The notes: generated from the letters alone by a model not told the origin. Positions 13,019 through 26,669 are shown, numbered from the stretch's first letter. The stretch: 64,000 nucleotides of DNA from Octopus vulgaris (GCA_951406725.2 OX597820.1:88660001-88724000); one strand, 5' to 3'. Made by a program: numbers and translations.

Positions 13019-14459
13019 TAGGAGCAACTAAGATATCATAGCATAAAATACAGTATCAGTCCAAGGTCGTGGATAAGTGAGATTCTTAGAGTATCGGATG
13101 AAATGCCATATGGCATTTCGTTCGGCTCTTCATGCTCTAGGTTTTTTTCAAACTTAGTTTAATCTTCAGTTTAACCCAACACCTAGTCTTTCCGTGCCTT
13201 TAGTTAACTTCACTCTATTGCAAGCGTTTTGATCTGGTGTATAAATTGAGAATAAATACCTCCCTTCCTTTCATCAGTCTTGGAGGCTCTGGAAAAGGGT
13301 CATGGGTGTTAACCACCCACTTGGCTTAACTGTAAGAAAGCAACATACATGAAATATATTTGTGATTGGTAAAATTACTCTTTTTCGGTTTAACACATCC
13401 AGCTGATCCTTGGATGTCTGTAACAGAGTCCATTCTGTTTTATATGAACTAGATTTCAAGTCTATAGATAAACTCATGAATTACAGTTTCTTTCTCCCTT
13501 GTCTTCTATCAGTGTTGGAACTAAGACCGAAAAGCCATGGGTGCTACTTCACTAACTAAGCTCTTAAATTAAAGTTGGCTTTAATTTTCTCTAACAAATA
13601 CTTGATTCAATGAAAACTGCTTTCGTGGGTGATAGACAAGGAATGTACGAATAATGTAATAGGTAAGGTGCCAATCGTGTAGAGTTTATAAATGGATGTG
13701 GATCGATCATGTCTGACCTAGGACTATACAACATCAATTCTACCGACAATATCAAGAGCAACAACAACAGCAGCATCAATAACAACAGCAAGTAAGCACT
13801 AACAAGAATTTTAGTTTTTGACCGCCAGTATTTTACCTATTTGAAAGCACTACTCCCATGATGGTCACGACTAGATTTCCTTTTATCATAGCTCTTTGTT
13901 TACCATAGCTCTTTCCGTTTCAGACTAGGCTGAACTGCGCTGGGCTGGGCCTGTGCAACAAAAACAACATTAATGGTTCAGAAAGAAAAAAAAAGCAGTA
14001 AAGATAATGTGAAATGTCACAGAAGTTGTTTGAATGTGGAAAAATAAATATAGGAAGACCTAGAGGATACGTGTCTGATTAAATGTTTAACTAAATATTA
14101 AACGCTTTCTTTAATAAAGAGATACATTCTATTAAAGCTCTGTTGGAGGCATTGGATGTTGCACTAGAACTCATCTTTGAGAGCACTGTTCATTATAGCT
14201 GAAACATCTGTAGGCTAAGAATGTGATTATGTAGGCCCTAATCTTTTGTCACTCAATAAATATTACATTATGTACTTACCACCTGTTTCGTATAAGAGTA
14301 GTGAGCTGAGGACGTCTGTGAATTTAGACCACTCTGCAGCAGGAATTTACTTATATACTGTATATTGATTCTAATAACTGGCTACCGGCTCTACTATGGT
14401 CAAGCAGAATTTTAAAATATACATATAATCAACAGAGACAGATAAACCTATACACATAT

Positions 14460-14532
<73 letters not shown>

Positions 14533-14565
14533 CACACACAAATATACATATACATACATATATAC

Positions 14566-14603
<38 letters not shown>

Positions 14604-14608
<5 letters not shown>

Positions 14609-14820
14609 ACATATCTCACATCTATTTTCTTTCCTCCACTTCACTCTCTAATTTGTATCATATCTAAATTAACTATTACTTAACTACTCTCTCACACCGT
14701 CTCCGATGAAGGGATATAATAAATATCCTGGAAACAGCTGTAAGACCTTCTATCTATAAATGTTCTAAAATCTACTCAGCCTTGGTTTGTTTTTTTTATC
14801 TCACTACGAGAAAAAAATTT
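14604..14820 (+). mobile_element. Penelope-LTR-like fragment in (TA)n
   Basis: Short non-coding unit between (TA)n tracts that carries an HHR motif. The assignment rests on the known HHR-Penelope association. Confidence 0.55.
14699..14746 (+). ncRNA. Minimal type-I hammerhead ribozyme, U4C core variant
   Basis: GTCT-CCGATGA-aGGGATAT aataa ATATCCTg-GAAA-CAGCTG-TA-AGAC. Perfect helix I, 7-bp helix II, palindromic helix III ACAGCTGT, GUA triplet (predicted cut after 14742). Confidence 0.7.
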
Positions 14821-14847
14821 ATATATATATATATGTACACATGTACA

Positions 14848-14910
<63 letters not shown>

Positions 14911-14916
<6 letters not shown>

Positions 14917-15165
14917 TGTGTTCGTATGCATTCGATCCTTCTTCCAGGAAATCTACGCTCCTAGCTTAGTTTTTCTAATGCTCGTTGCTTAGTTTTTCCT
15001 GGAGGGCTGGCCGGTTCTAGTAATCTCAAGATTAATCAGCCGAAATTACTACGATGATCCGGTTCTTGACTGAAGACTGAGGGCTTCGAATGTCCTGTCT
15101 GTGTTTGTTGTATCGTCTTCTAAGTTTTTATGCGTTCTTGTCTCAGTTTGTATTTTTCTACATAT
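14911..15165 (+). mobile_element. Penelope-LTR-like repeat, same family as 55511/56276
   Basis: aatctcaagattaatcagccgaaatt..ccggttcttgactgaaga..gcttcgaatgtcc is shared with 56276-56512; flanked by (TA)n. Confidence 0.6.
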
Positions 15166-16845
15166 CATAATATATATATATATATATATATATATGATAT
15201 ACACACACATATATTTGAGATGAATGAACACACGTGACAAGTGCTGGAGACGACGGGAGCCGAAGAAATATAGAGAACCAAGTTACCAGAACTGAATGCT
15301 GCATGCTGCAAAAGTTGTTTTTTTTTATATATTTTGCATCCTAAAACACTTGCTATGCATCTCTCACTCTCTAACGCGCATTCCATTACTCTCTTCCTGT
15401 CTCTCTCCCGCGCTCTTCTTACCCTCTCTTTCAATTTCTTTATCCTTCTCTCGCTCTCTTTCTCTTCACCTTTTTTCTATCTGCCTCTCTCTCTCTTTCT
15501 TTTTCTATGAAGTGTTTGTGTTAAAAAGTAGAAGTATTTCGGAAATGTTATTAAAGAACGGTAATATTCCCAGTTATCAATGGTGCCTAGACAGCCTGGA
15601 CAACCTGCCAGGTTTCAGTGGATGGGGAGGGAGGGAGGGAGGGGGGAAGAGGTGTAAGGAGAGGTAGGAGTGGGGGAAGGAGAGCACACTGGCGGTAGGT
15701 GTAGGAACGATGATGGTGATGATGATGATAATGATTATAATAGTTGTGGTGATGATGATGATGATGGTGTTGGCGACGACGATGATGATGATGATGATGA
15801 CGACGACGACGACGACGTCGATGATGATGAGGAGGATGACGATGATGCTGACAGCGATGGAAACTTTTTCCAAATGTATTCCTTTACATGTTTATTTGTA
15901 TTGCTTTGGTTTACGCATACATAAATACATACATGCACACGCACACACACACACACACTCACACACACATACACATATATATACACACCTATATATATAT
16001 ACATATATATATGTGTGTATATATATACTCATACACACATATATATATATATAAAGAGTTTATTTTCCTTTGCTTATTTATTTCTTTTAATGATCTGTGA
16101 AATTATGATTGGTAAAAGCTGAGGAAGAGAGAGAGAGAGAGGCAGAAACAAGAGAAAGAGAGAGAGAGAGGCAGAAGACAGAGAGAGCGGCGACAGACAG
16201 GGATTAACAACAGGAGTGACCTTCACAGCACACAACAACGCACACAGACACACAGACTGACGATGGTGGCAATGACGGGTGGTGGTGGGGGTAGAGGTGA
16301 CAGGGAACGGTAGGATGGAATAGCAGGAACGGAGGCTGGTACAAACACACGCAGACACACTTGCACAAAGGGACATACACGCACACACGCAGAAAGACAC
16401 ACACACACACCACACACATATATATATATAAACATGTACGATAAAATAACGAACACCAATAAAAACGAATAGGAAAAAAAATAGAAAAAGAAAAAACAAC
16501 AACAACAACAATAACAATAATAATAATAGTAATAACAGAAGATGAAGCAAAAGCAAAAAAGAGAAAGGAAAGTTTTAACAATAACAACAAGAACCTGTGA
16601 CTTGAACAAATAGAGAACGCTCAACTGTGTACAGCTGTGATAGCCATCGTCTCTGTACATACATTTGTATGTGTGTGCGTGCGTACGTGCGTGTGTGTGT
16701 GTGTGTACGCCCCTGCTCCATTTGGTCAGGAGACAAACAGGCGCCGACTGGAAGCACTAGATGTTGCTAGGTTTGCAATATGATAGCCACATGGAAGTAC
16801 ATTCTGTTATGTTGACTGTAGATTATAGAGAGAGAGAGAGAAAAA

Positions 16846-17437
<592 letters not shown>

Positions 17438-17665
17438 CTGTATTTGGAAAGAGATAAACGGAAACAAAGTCACCGAGAGAGAGAGAGCGGGGAAGAAAGA
17501 AAAAGAAAGAGATAGAGAGAAAGAGAGCAGAGGAAAACGGAACAACTATAATACAAAAATAATTTAAATAATTCGAAAGAAAAACGAAGAAACAAAATAG
17601 ACTGTGTTCATTGAGAAACAAAAAGTTATATGTACGTTTGTATGAGTGTTTAGACAAACATACAC

Positions 17666-17706
<41 letters not shown>

Positions 17707-17866
17707 GAACACTTATGTATGTACCTATGTATGAATGTATATATATATATATGTATGTGTGTGTACATATATATACATATACATACATATACATGTACAT
17801 ATATATGAATATATGTATATAAAAATATATATATGTGTGTGTGTGTTTGTGTGTACATATACATGC

Positions 17867-17931
<65 letters not shown>

Positions 17932-17998
17932 CATTTGTATATATATCATGTATACATACATAAATACACACATATAGATATATATCTATCTATATCTA

Positions 17999-18036
<38 letters not shown>

Positions 18037-18058
18037 GCTAGCTAGCTATCTATCTCTT

Positions 18059-18134
<76 letters not shown>

Positions 18135-18316
18135 TATCTGCCAACTTATGGAAACGTTGCGTTCCTGAAATTTTTCTGTAACGCGGAACTTATTTGATAC
18201 ACGGAAGTCAATAAACATAGATTTGACTATACATTTCATTTTACAAGTCTTCTGCTTACGATGACACCTTTAGGTATGCAACGCTTCCGTAATGCGCTTC
18301 ATACCGGCATACATAG

Positions 18317-18377
<61 letters not shown>

Positions 18378-18671
18378 TGTGTGACATAGGAAACGTGTGC
18401 AAATGTCATAGGAAACGCCCTTTCCTCCAAACTCAACAAGTGAAGAAAGTAAGAACTACCAAAGGCGCGGACGAGGCTATTTGGAAGAAAATCTGCTTCC
18501 CAACTGCATAGATTTATGTTCAGTTTCACTGTGTGGTACCTTGTGTACTATAGCTTTCGATCGACGAAAGCCTTGAGTGGATTTGGAACGAAGCCTATCA
18601 TATATATATATAGGGGTGAATTCATAAAAAAAAAAATAAGACGAAGACAGGTGGTGTTCCAATCATCTGAA

Positions 18672-19388
18672 ATGGAACTGTCAAAGCGCAATATTCGAGC
18701 AATTTTGCTTTTCAACTTCAGAAAAAGAGGTAAAGCAGCTGAAACTGATCGTGATATCAAGGAAATGTTTGGTGAGGAAAATGACCAGTGGGTGGTCAGC
18801 TCGAAAATGGTTTAAACGATTTCGCAGAGGAGACCTGAACCTTGAAGATCCTGAGCATAGTGGACGCCCATCTATCAACGATGACAGTCAATTAAAGACC
18901 GTCATTGAGAAAGATCCATGTAAAACCACTCGAGAACTGGTAAAAGAACTTCAAGTTAGCCAGAAAACTGCCTGCAACTATCTGCATGCGATTGGAATAT
19001 CAAAAAAGCTCGACAAACGGGTTCTACACAATTTGAATGTAAATCAGAAAATGCGCTTCTTCTCCGTAACCAGACCGATTTATTTCTCCACCGTATTGTA
19101 ACTTGCGATGAAAAGTGGATTCTGTACAATAATTAAAAACGTTCTTCGCAGTGGTTGAACCAAAATGAAGCACCGAAAACCTTCCCTAAACCGAAGCTCT
19201 TCAAAAAGAATGTGATGGTGACTGTTTGGTGGTGTACTGCTGGATTCATCCGCTATAACGTCTTAAAACCCGGAAAAATCATTACTGCAGAAACATGTTG
19301 CTATGAAATTACCAAAATGAACGAAGAACTGCTACTCCTCCGTCCTAGACTGGTCAACAGATGAGGGTCAATCATTATTCATAACAAT
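18672..19388 (+). mobile_element. Decayed mariner (DD34D-type) transposase
   Basis: MELSKRNIRAILLFNF..KWFKRFRRGDLNLED..SGRPS..IVTCDEKWILY..VMVTVWW..IIIHNN. Frameshifts and stops present; C-terminus missing. Confidence 0.9.
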
Positions 19389-19565
19389 ACTTACATTAAT
19401 GAATAAAATTTTTACATTATTGAAATGTATTGTGATGAATTGCATGTTTCAAAACGTTATATATATATATATATATGCATGGAAGTCTGATGGCAATCTC
19501 TAGTTGTTCGAGAAAAACGGTTCTGCATTTTCCTGCCGAACAACCTGCACAGATGATTTGCTTAT

Positions 19566-19737
19566 AGGCGCAGGAGTGGCTGTGTGGTAAGTAGCTTGCT
19601 AACCAACCACATGGTTCCGGGTTCAGTCCCACTGCGTGGCATCTTGGGCACGTGTCTTCTGCTATAGCCCCGGGCCGACCAATGCATTGTGAGTGGATTT
19701 GGTAGACGGAAACTGAAAGAAGCCTGTCGTATACATG

Positions 19738-19786
<49 letters not shown>

Positions 19787-20005
19787 TTGTGTGTCTGTGT
19801 TTGTCCCCCTAGCATTGCTTGACAACCGATGCTGGTGTGATTACGTCCCCGTCACCTAGCGGTTCGGCAAAAAGAGACCGATAGAATAAGTACTGGGCTT
19901 ACAAAGAATAAGTCCCGGGGTCGATTTGCTCGACTAAAAAAAAAGGCGGTGCTCCAGCATGGCCGCAGTCAAATGACTGAAACAAGTAAAAGAGTAAAAG
20001 AGTAA
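19566..20005 (+). mobile_element. SINE family A, near-consensus copy
   Basis: ggcgcaggagtggctgtgtggtaagtagcttgc..ggttccgggttcagtccc head, internal (TA)n, gtaaaagagtaaaagag tail. Confidence 0.9.
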
Positions 20006-20228
20006 AGAGAGTAAATCCTTGAGCTGCACATTAGCTTCCTCCCTTCATTATTAAATCGACGTTGGCTTAACAGTTGCATGATATACCACATGTCATGTAT
20101 CGAAGTTATCGCAAAGCAAAATGAGATAACGTGTTTTGCACAAGAGCAAAACTCGCCACTCGTTCCAAGAATTGACAACACGATCCACAACTACTGAACC
20201 ACGCATGTATGTGTGGACAAAGAAATTA

Positions 20229-20378
20229 CTGTGTGGTAAGAAGCCTGCTTTCCAACCACATGGTTCCGAGTTCAGTCCCACTGCGTGGCACCTTGGGCGT
20301 GTGTGCTACTCCAAACTCGGGCCGACTACAGCTTTGTGAGTGGATTTGGTAGACGAAAACTGAAAGGAACCCGTCGTA
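20229..20378 (+). mobile_element. SINE family A, 5' half
   Basis: Head, ccttgggc motif and gtggatttggtagacg body. Confidence 0.8.
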
Positions 20379-20409
20379 TGTATGTATGTGTATATATGCA
20401 TAAGACAGA

Positions 20410-20461
<52 letters not shown>

Positions 20462-20963
20462 ATGTATGTATGTATGTATGTATGTATGTATGTATAAATG
20501 TATATATGCGTATACATATGTATATATGTGTAAAGTTCACTCACACATGCACAAAAACAGCCAACACCAGACAAACACCACACACACACAGATTGCGCGC
20601 ACGCACATACCCACACATACCTCTTCTTACACTCTCCTATCTTAGAAAGAACTTTTTCTTCACCCTTTCCCTTCCGGTCATTTCAAAATGTAACCACATG
20701 TGAATCGTTGGCGATGTTTTACCTCCGTTTTCCTTTTCTCTTGGACTTTCTTCCGTCTCGTGCTTCGAAGGAAAAATTACTTTGAACGCGTGAGAACAAC
20801 GGCTTAAGAAAGAGATAGGAAGCCGTCTACATTTGTTGAAGGCTGTGGTCAGAAAGACAGATGGCCTCTGGTCACATGTCAGCGACGCGAGGGAGAAGGA
20901 GGAGGAGTAGTAAGAGAAAGGGAACGGTGAAAGGGAGAGAATGGTAGAGAAAACCAGAAAGAA

Positions 20964-21675
20964 GGCGCACGCAGGCGTGGCTGTGTGGTAAGAAGCTTAC
21001 TTCTCAACCAAATGACCGGGTTCAGTCCTGCCTCGTGACACTTTGGGCAAGTATTTTCTGCTATAGCCTGGGCCAACCAAAGCGTTGTGAATGAATTTGG
21101 TTGACAGAAACTGAAAGAAATCCTGATCCCGCAGCAGGACTGAACCCAGGACCATGTGGTTGAGAACTAAACTTTTTAACATACAGCCTCGCCTGCGCCT
21201 ATATATATATATAAGGCGGCGAGCTGGCAGAAACGTTAGCACGCCGGGCGAAATGCGTTGCCGTATTTCGTCTGCCGTTACGTTCCGAGTTCAAATTCCG
21301 CCGAGGTCGACTTTGCCTTTCATCCTTCCGGGGTCGATAAATTAAGTACCAGTTACGCACTGGAGTCGATGTAATCGACTTAATCCGTTTGTCTATCCGT
21401 GTTTGTCTCCTCTGTGTTTAGCCCCTTGTGGGTAGTAAAGAAATCTATATATATATATGTACATTGCATGTATGTGTTGGACCGCTCCACCAACGCTCGT
21501 CAGCCGGTGTTGGTGTCTTTACGAGCCCTTACTTTTACGGTTCGACAAAAGATACTGACAGAATAAGTAGTTGGCTTTGAGAAATAAGTCCTAGGGTCGC
21601 TTTGTTCGCCGAAAACCCTTCAAGATGGTGCACAAGCATTGCCGCAGTCATAAATGACTGAAACACCTAAAAGAT
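20964..21675. mobile_element. Composite: SINE A 5' half (+), inverted SINE A head (21128-21200, -), SINE C (21213-21443, +), SINE A 3' half (+)
   Basis: Each segment matches the family sequences seen elsewhere in the window. Confidence 0.8.
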
Positions 21676-21678
21676 ATA

Positions 21679-21716
<38 letters not shown>

Positions 21717-22382
21717 ACCACCACCACCACACCACACCACACCACACCACACACATACACACACACACACACATACACATACAGACACATACACACCACC
21801 ATCACCACCACACCATACACCATTGATCGCAGTACTAACGGTGGTGCGTGATTCTTGTAGTAGTTGTGTTGGCGATGATGGTGCTAGTGGTATTGTTGGT
21901 TTTGGTGGTGGCAATAGTGTGAGGGTGTGATGGTGATATGGGTATTAGTATGGTGGTGTTGATGCAGATGGTCGCCGTGGTAGTGCTAAGAAAACAAACT
22001 TGCATTTGGATAAAAAATTGTTTTGCTTTGTGAATTCCTTATTTTTGCTATTTATATATTTTAGTAAATTTTATTTTCCGGAAAGGTGAATTATTTTTAT
22101 TCCAAAAGCAAAGTGATCCTTTGTCTGGTGACAGGAAGGGCTGGGACGGAGAAGGAGGGGTAGGAATCAGAAGCGATACCAGAATAAAAGAATGTCTAGG
22201 ATTTCTTAAATGCTAACAGATATTCGTATCCTAAAATCACATAAAAAGGCAATTTATACGTACATACAAAAATCCTTATTACATACATGCGCGTGCGCAT
22301 GTACACACACATACATACACATACACACATACTCATAAATACACATAAACACACACATATTTGTATACATGTATTTATACAT

Positions 22383-22764
22383 AGGCGCAGGCGTGGCTGC
22401 GTGGTAAGAAGCTTACTTCACAATCACATGGTTCCGGGTTCAGTCCCAATGCGTGGCAAGTGTCTTCCCAAGCCTTGTGAGTGGATTTGGTGGAGGGAAA
22501 CTGAAAGAAGCTCGTCGTGTATATATATGTGTGTGCGTGTGTGTGTGTGTGTGTCTTTGTGTCTATGTTTGTCACCCCCACCATCGCTTGACAACCGATG
22601 TTGGCGTGTTTAGGTTCCTGTAACTTAGCGGTTCGGCAAAAGAGACCGATAGAATGCGTACATGGCTTACAAAGAATAAGTCCTGAGGTCGATTTCTTCG
22701 ACTAAAAAAACCCTTTAAGGCGGTGCTCCAGCATGGCCGCAGTCAAATGATTGAAACAAGCAAA
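22383..22764 (+). mobile_element. SINE family A
   Basis: Head, internal (TG)n and tail present, with a small internal deletion. Confidence 0.85.
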
Positions 22765-22820
22765 ATAATATATATATATATATAAAAAGGCAATTCATAC
22801 GTACATACAAAAGTTCTTGT

Positions 22821-22854
<34 letters not shown>

Positions 22855-22863
22855 TATACATAA

Positions 22864-22894
<31 letters not shown>

Positions 22895-22899
22895 CACCT

Positions 22900-24791
22900 C
22901 CACACTTCTTCGTCTGGCCGAACTTGTTCTCTCCCTCAACAGCTTCTCGTTCGCGGAGGATTTTTACCAACAGGTCTCAGGAATGGCCGTCGGAACGAGA
23001 ATGGTCCCCAGCTATGCGAACCTGTTCAATGTCTACGTTGAGGCACTGGTGCCACTCCCGATGACTGAATCGGTACGACCTCACTCTCCCGCGAATAACT
23101 AGACTCCTTCCTCTCTTTTATCCAATCCTTCTATCCTGCCCTCGAATTCTCCTTCACAATTTCCAATACTTCCCTCGCATATCTCGACATTTCTGTCAAC
23201 ATACGCCATTCCGCTCTCACTACCTCTATACACTACAAACACACCGACTCACACTCCTGCCTTAACCTCTCCTCTTCCTACCCTACCACACCAAGCTCTC
23301 CATCCCCATACGCCCAATTCCTCCGTCTGCGCAGGCTCTGCAGTGACAACCATGACTTTGAGACTCAGTCTCAACTCATGGCTCACCACTTCATCCTTTG
23401 TGGATATCCCATCACCACCATCCACACAGCCCTTGCCAGAACACGTTCCGTGGACCGTGCCTCTGCTCTCTCTCCCCACACCCGCCCCATCGGTGCCCGT
23501 CTCCCGTTTGCCTTCACCTGTCACCCCTCCACCCTGCCCCTCCAACGCTTCATTCTCCGAGCCTTCCGGTGACTCCAGTCCGACCCCTCCACCTCGCACA
23601 CCTCGCACATCTTCGTCCTTCAAACGAGCCCACAACCTGCGTGACCTCTTGGCCCACAACTTCTTCCCTAACCTCACCTCCCAACCTAGCTTGTTCCCTG
23701 CTCTCGCCCACGCTGCCGCACTTGCCCCTACCTCTCCAACACCACCATCCTCACAGGCACCCATCATCGTCCCTATCATATCACCGACTCCTTTACCTGC
23801 ACTTCTAACAACGTCATTTACTGCATCTCCTGCTCTTTCTGCCCTTCTCTGTACATCGGTCAAACGGAGTGCCGCTTGGCTGACCGGTTGGAGACATCAG
23901 ACTCCGCAATGACACCCCTGTCTTGCGCCATTTCCTCTCTACTGGTCATTCAATACAACACCTGTATGTGTTTGGATTGTCTTTGCACAAGGGCCATCCG
24001 AACTCCCGCCTTCGCCGTGAACAGGAATTAATCTTTTCTCTTCGCTCCTTTGCGCCATATAGGCTCAGCTTCCCTTCTTTCTTCATCTGACTCCTCTCTT
24101 CATCTGACAGCTACTCCCTCTCTTCACTCCTACTCACCTCTCTTACTCTGACACCTACTTCCTCCCTTCACTCCTACCCACCTTCTCTCTTCAGTGACAC
24201 CCCCTCCACCCACCCCACATACACACCATACACACCCCACCATCACCCCACATCCCACACTACACCCCATACCACACCACACCACCTCATCACCACATCA
24301 CCACACCACATCACACAACCCCACACCACTCCACATACACTAGCACTGACCACTTCTCAGGACCCAGACCACACACCATCATCCACACACCTCCAGACTA
24401 TCATCCTCACCCTGCACACCATTATCCACGAACCGACACGCTACAGACGCTCGCACACACGCACACATCCACACACGTCAAAGTCAGTAACCCCTATGCA
24501 TCCCCACACACACATTCTCACATACACACACACACGCACGCACACATTCGTTTTGGGATTACCAATACTGTGTTATATTCCCTTCTTTCTACATTTCCTC
24601 TCAAACCTTTTTTTTCCAACCAGTCGCCATGCTTGACCACTAAATCCACAAGTTTTTTAAAATTCTCTCTCTGTTCATTTTCTCTTATTCCTTTCTGTTG
24701 AAGAGCGTAGGCTCGAAACGTAAAAGACTTTCTCACTTTCCCGCTTGTTGTTCATACACCTGTCGTCGTCTTTTGTTTTTCTGTAAATTTC

Positions 24792-24795
<4 letters not shown>
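22900..24795 (+). mobile_element. 5'-truncated Penelope-like element (Neptune-type): RT C-half, Zn linker, GIY-YIG endonuclease, 3' pLTR with HHR
   Basis: Conceptual translation across frameshifts: LAELVLSLNSFSF..YQQVSGMAVGTRM.PSYANLF (RT), DD, YLDISV, HYKHTDSHS, SIPYAQFLRLRRLCS, CSRPRCRTCPYL linker, NVIYCISCSFC..LYIGQT (GIY-YIG), RREQELIFSL. Stop at 24088-24090. Confidence 0.9.
24691..24726 (+). ncRNA. Minimal hammerhead-like motif, A6U core variant, in Penelope 3' end
   Basis: CTTT-CTGTTGA-a-GAGC gtag GCTC-GAAA-CG-TA-AAAG. Helices I and II are perfect and there is an ACGT palindrome, but the core is non-canonical. Confidence 0.55.
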
Positions 24796-24823
<28 letters not shown>

Positions 24824-24826
<3 letters not shown>

Positions 24827-25048
24827 CGCAATGGAGGCGCAATGGCCCAGTGGTTAGGGCAGCGGACTTGCGGTCGGAGGATCGCGGTTTCGATTCCCAG
24901 ACCGGGCGTTGTGTGTGTTTATTGAGCGAAAACACCTAAAAGCTCCACGAGGCTCCGGCAGGGGATGGTGGTGATCCCTGCTGTACTCTTTCACCACTCT
25001 AAAGGCGGTGCTCCAGCATGGCCGCAGTCAAATGACTGAAACAAGTAC
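24824..25048 (+). mobile_element. Chimeric SINE: family B 5' part fused to family A 3' tail
   Basis: Family B sequence runs to ctttcaccactc (about 24999), then taaaggcggtgctccagcatggccgcagtcaaatgactgaaacaagt and an A-run. Confidence 0.8.
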
Positions 25049-25109
<61 letters not shown>

Positions 25110-26384
25110 GGGGGCATAAATAGTGGAGGTATAAGAGGTGAATACCTTTATTTGACCATTTGATATCCGTAGGATTACGGCCGTTTCGCAGCCTTCATCA
25201 TGTAGTAATAATTTCAGTGTATAATAAATTGTCTACATGCCTGTTCTAATGTACATGTCCCGCATTATACAGTACAATTGCATGTTTACAAAACGGTGCA
25301 AATAAAGAAAGCTAGCTTATCAGATCACGAGAACATCATGGTTACACCAATGCTTCAATTGTAAGTATGCATGCACAATATTCTCTTTATATATACAATG
25401 TATAAAAGACCGATACCAGATAAAATCAGCATGGTATGGTCATTAAAGATAAATGTATTTTGAAATGTGGAAAGCTTCTAACAATGCAGATATGAAAGTT
25501 GAAGAACTTTCATAAATTTCGGGCGCAAAGACCCACCTTCAGAAGAGTGTTGTCAAAGAAATGCGTGTTTATGTAGATCCTGCCATTTGGATAGGCGGAT
25601 GGGCAGTGATCCCGTTTTAGTCCGGTACTTGTGCTAATAGAAACAGCTCCCTTTATATCAATTAAAGTGCAGGATCTAAGTGTGGGGAATTGATCACCCT
25701 TGATGTTCGCAAAAAAAAGGAAAGGATAGGATAGGATAAGAAGTAGTTATAGTAAAAGTAAAACAAAATAATATTAAGCATATAAAGGTACATATAAGAA
25801 AAGTTATATACTTGAATTCAATAGGGAACAGGCATCTGGAGATATAAAGATGAAACCAGGAGAAAGTATGGAACAACAGTTATTTTCAAATATTGTTTAA
25901 AGGTCAAAAGACTTCAAAATACTCTCTATCTCAATAAACTGTAGCGAAACCAAAACAATACCCACGCCTACATAGAAGCAAATACATATAAGCATCGACT
26001 TACTAAAAAACACAGAACCACACTCGAACAGCTGTATATCCATACACCCTTTGATGACTATACAGATGACACGAAGACATATTTGTAGACACACAAACAT
26101 ATGTATATATGCACATAAGTATAAACTCCTTATTTCATCAAATTTGCCATGACGGCATCAAGTATAAACTCATATACACATAAATACATACAAAAACATA
26201 CATATACACGCAATAAAAAAATTTAATACATATACATATAAATGTATGTTTAAGAATACAGGCATGCATGTACCTATAGACACATATATATATACATGCA
26301 TGTATAGATACAAGTACAAAGTACATATATACATTGTAAATCTTGTGCAAGTACCTACCTACATGCATATAAGTATGTATATAA

Positions 26385-26463
<79 letters not shown>

Positions 26464-26568
26464 CCGGAGTAAACACATAAATGTGAAACAAGGTGGAAAA
26501 AAGAGTACTCAAATACCAGTGGTAGAGTAATATTCTTTATTTAAAAGCAACAGAAAATTCAACAAAAC

Positions 26569-26606
26569 CTGTTACTCTGAGTTTCACGTTCCCATTCGTC
26601 GGACAG
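26569..26606 (-). ncRNA. Minimal hammerhead ribozyme, U4C variant (mirror copy)
   Basis: Minus strand: CTGT-CCGACGA-ATG ggaa CGT-GAAA-CTCAGAG-TA-ACAG. Confidence 0.65.
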
Positions 26607-26631
26607 TTTTTGCTAGAATTGCTAGCAAAAA

Positions 26632-26669
26632 CTGTCCGACGAACGGGAACGTGAAACTCAGAGTAACAG
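26632..26669 (+). ncRNA. Minimal hammerhead ribozyme, U4C variant
   Basis: CTGT-CCGACGA-ACG ggaa CGT-GAAA-CTCAGAG-TA-ACAG. Perfect helix I, helix II capped by a GNRA loop, near-palindromic helix III, predicted cut after 26665. Confidence 0.7.

Noticed and set aside
23249-23912. 204-aa minus and 189-aa Pro-rich plus ORFs
   Set aside because: Off-frame or antisense readings of the decayed Penelope RT/GIY-YIG sequence.
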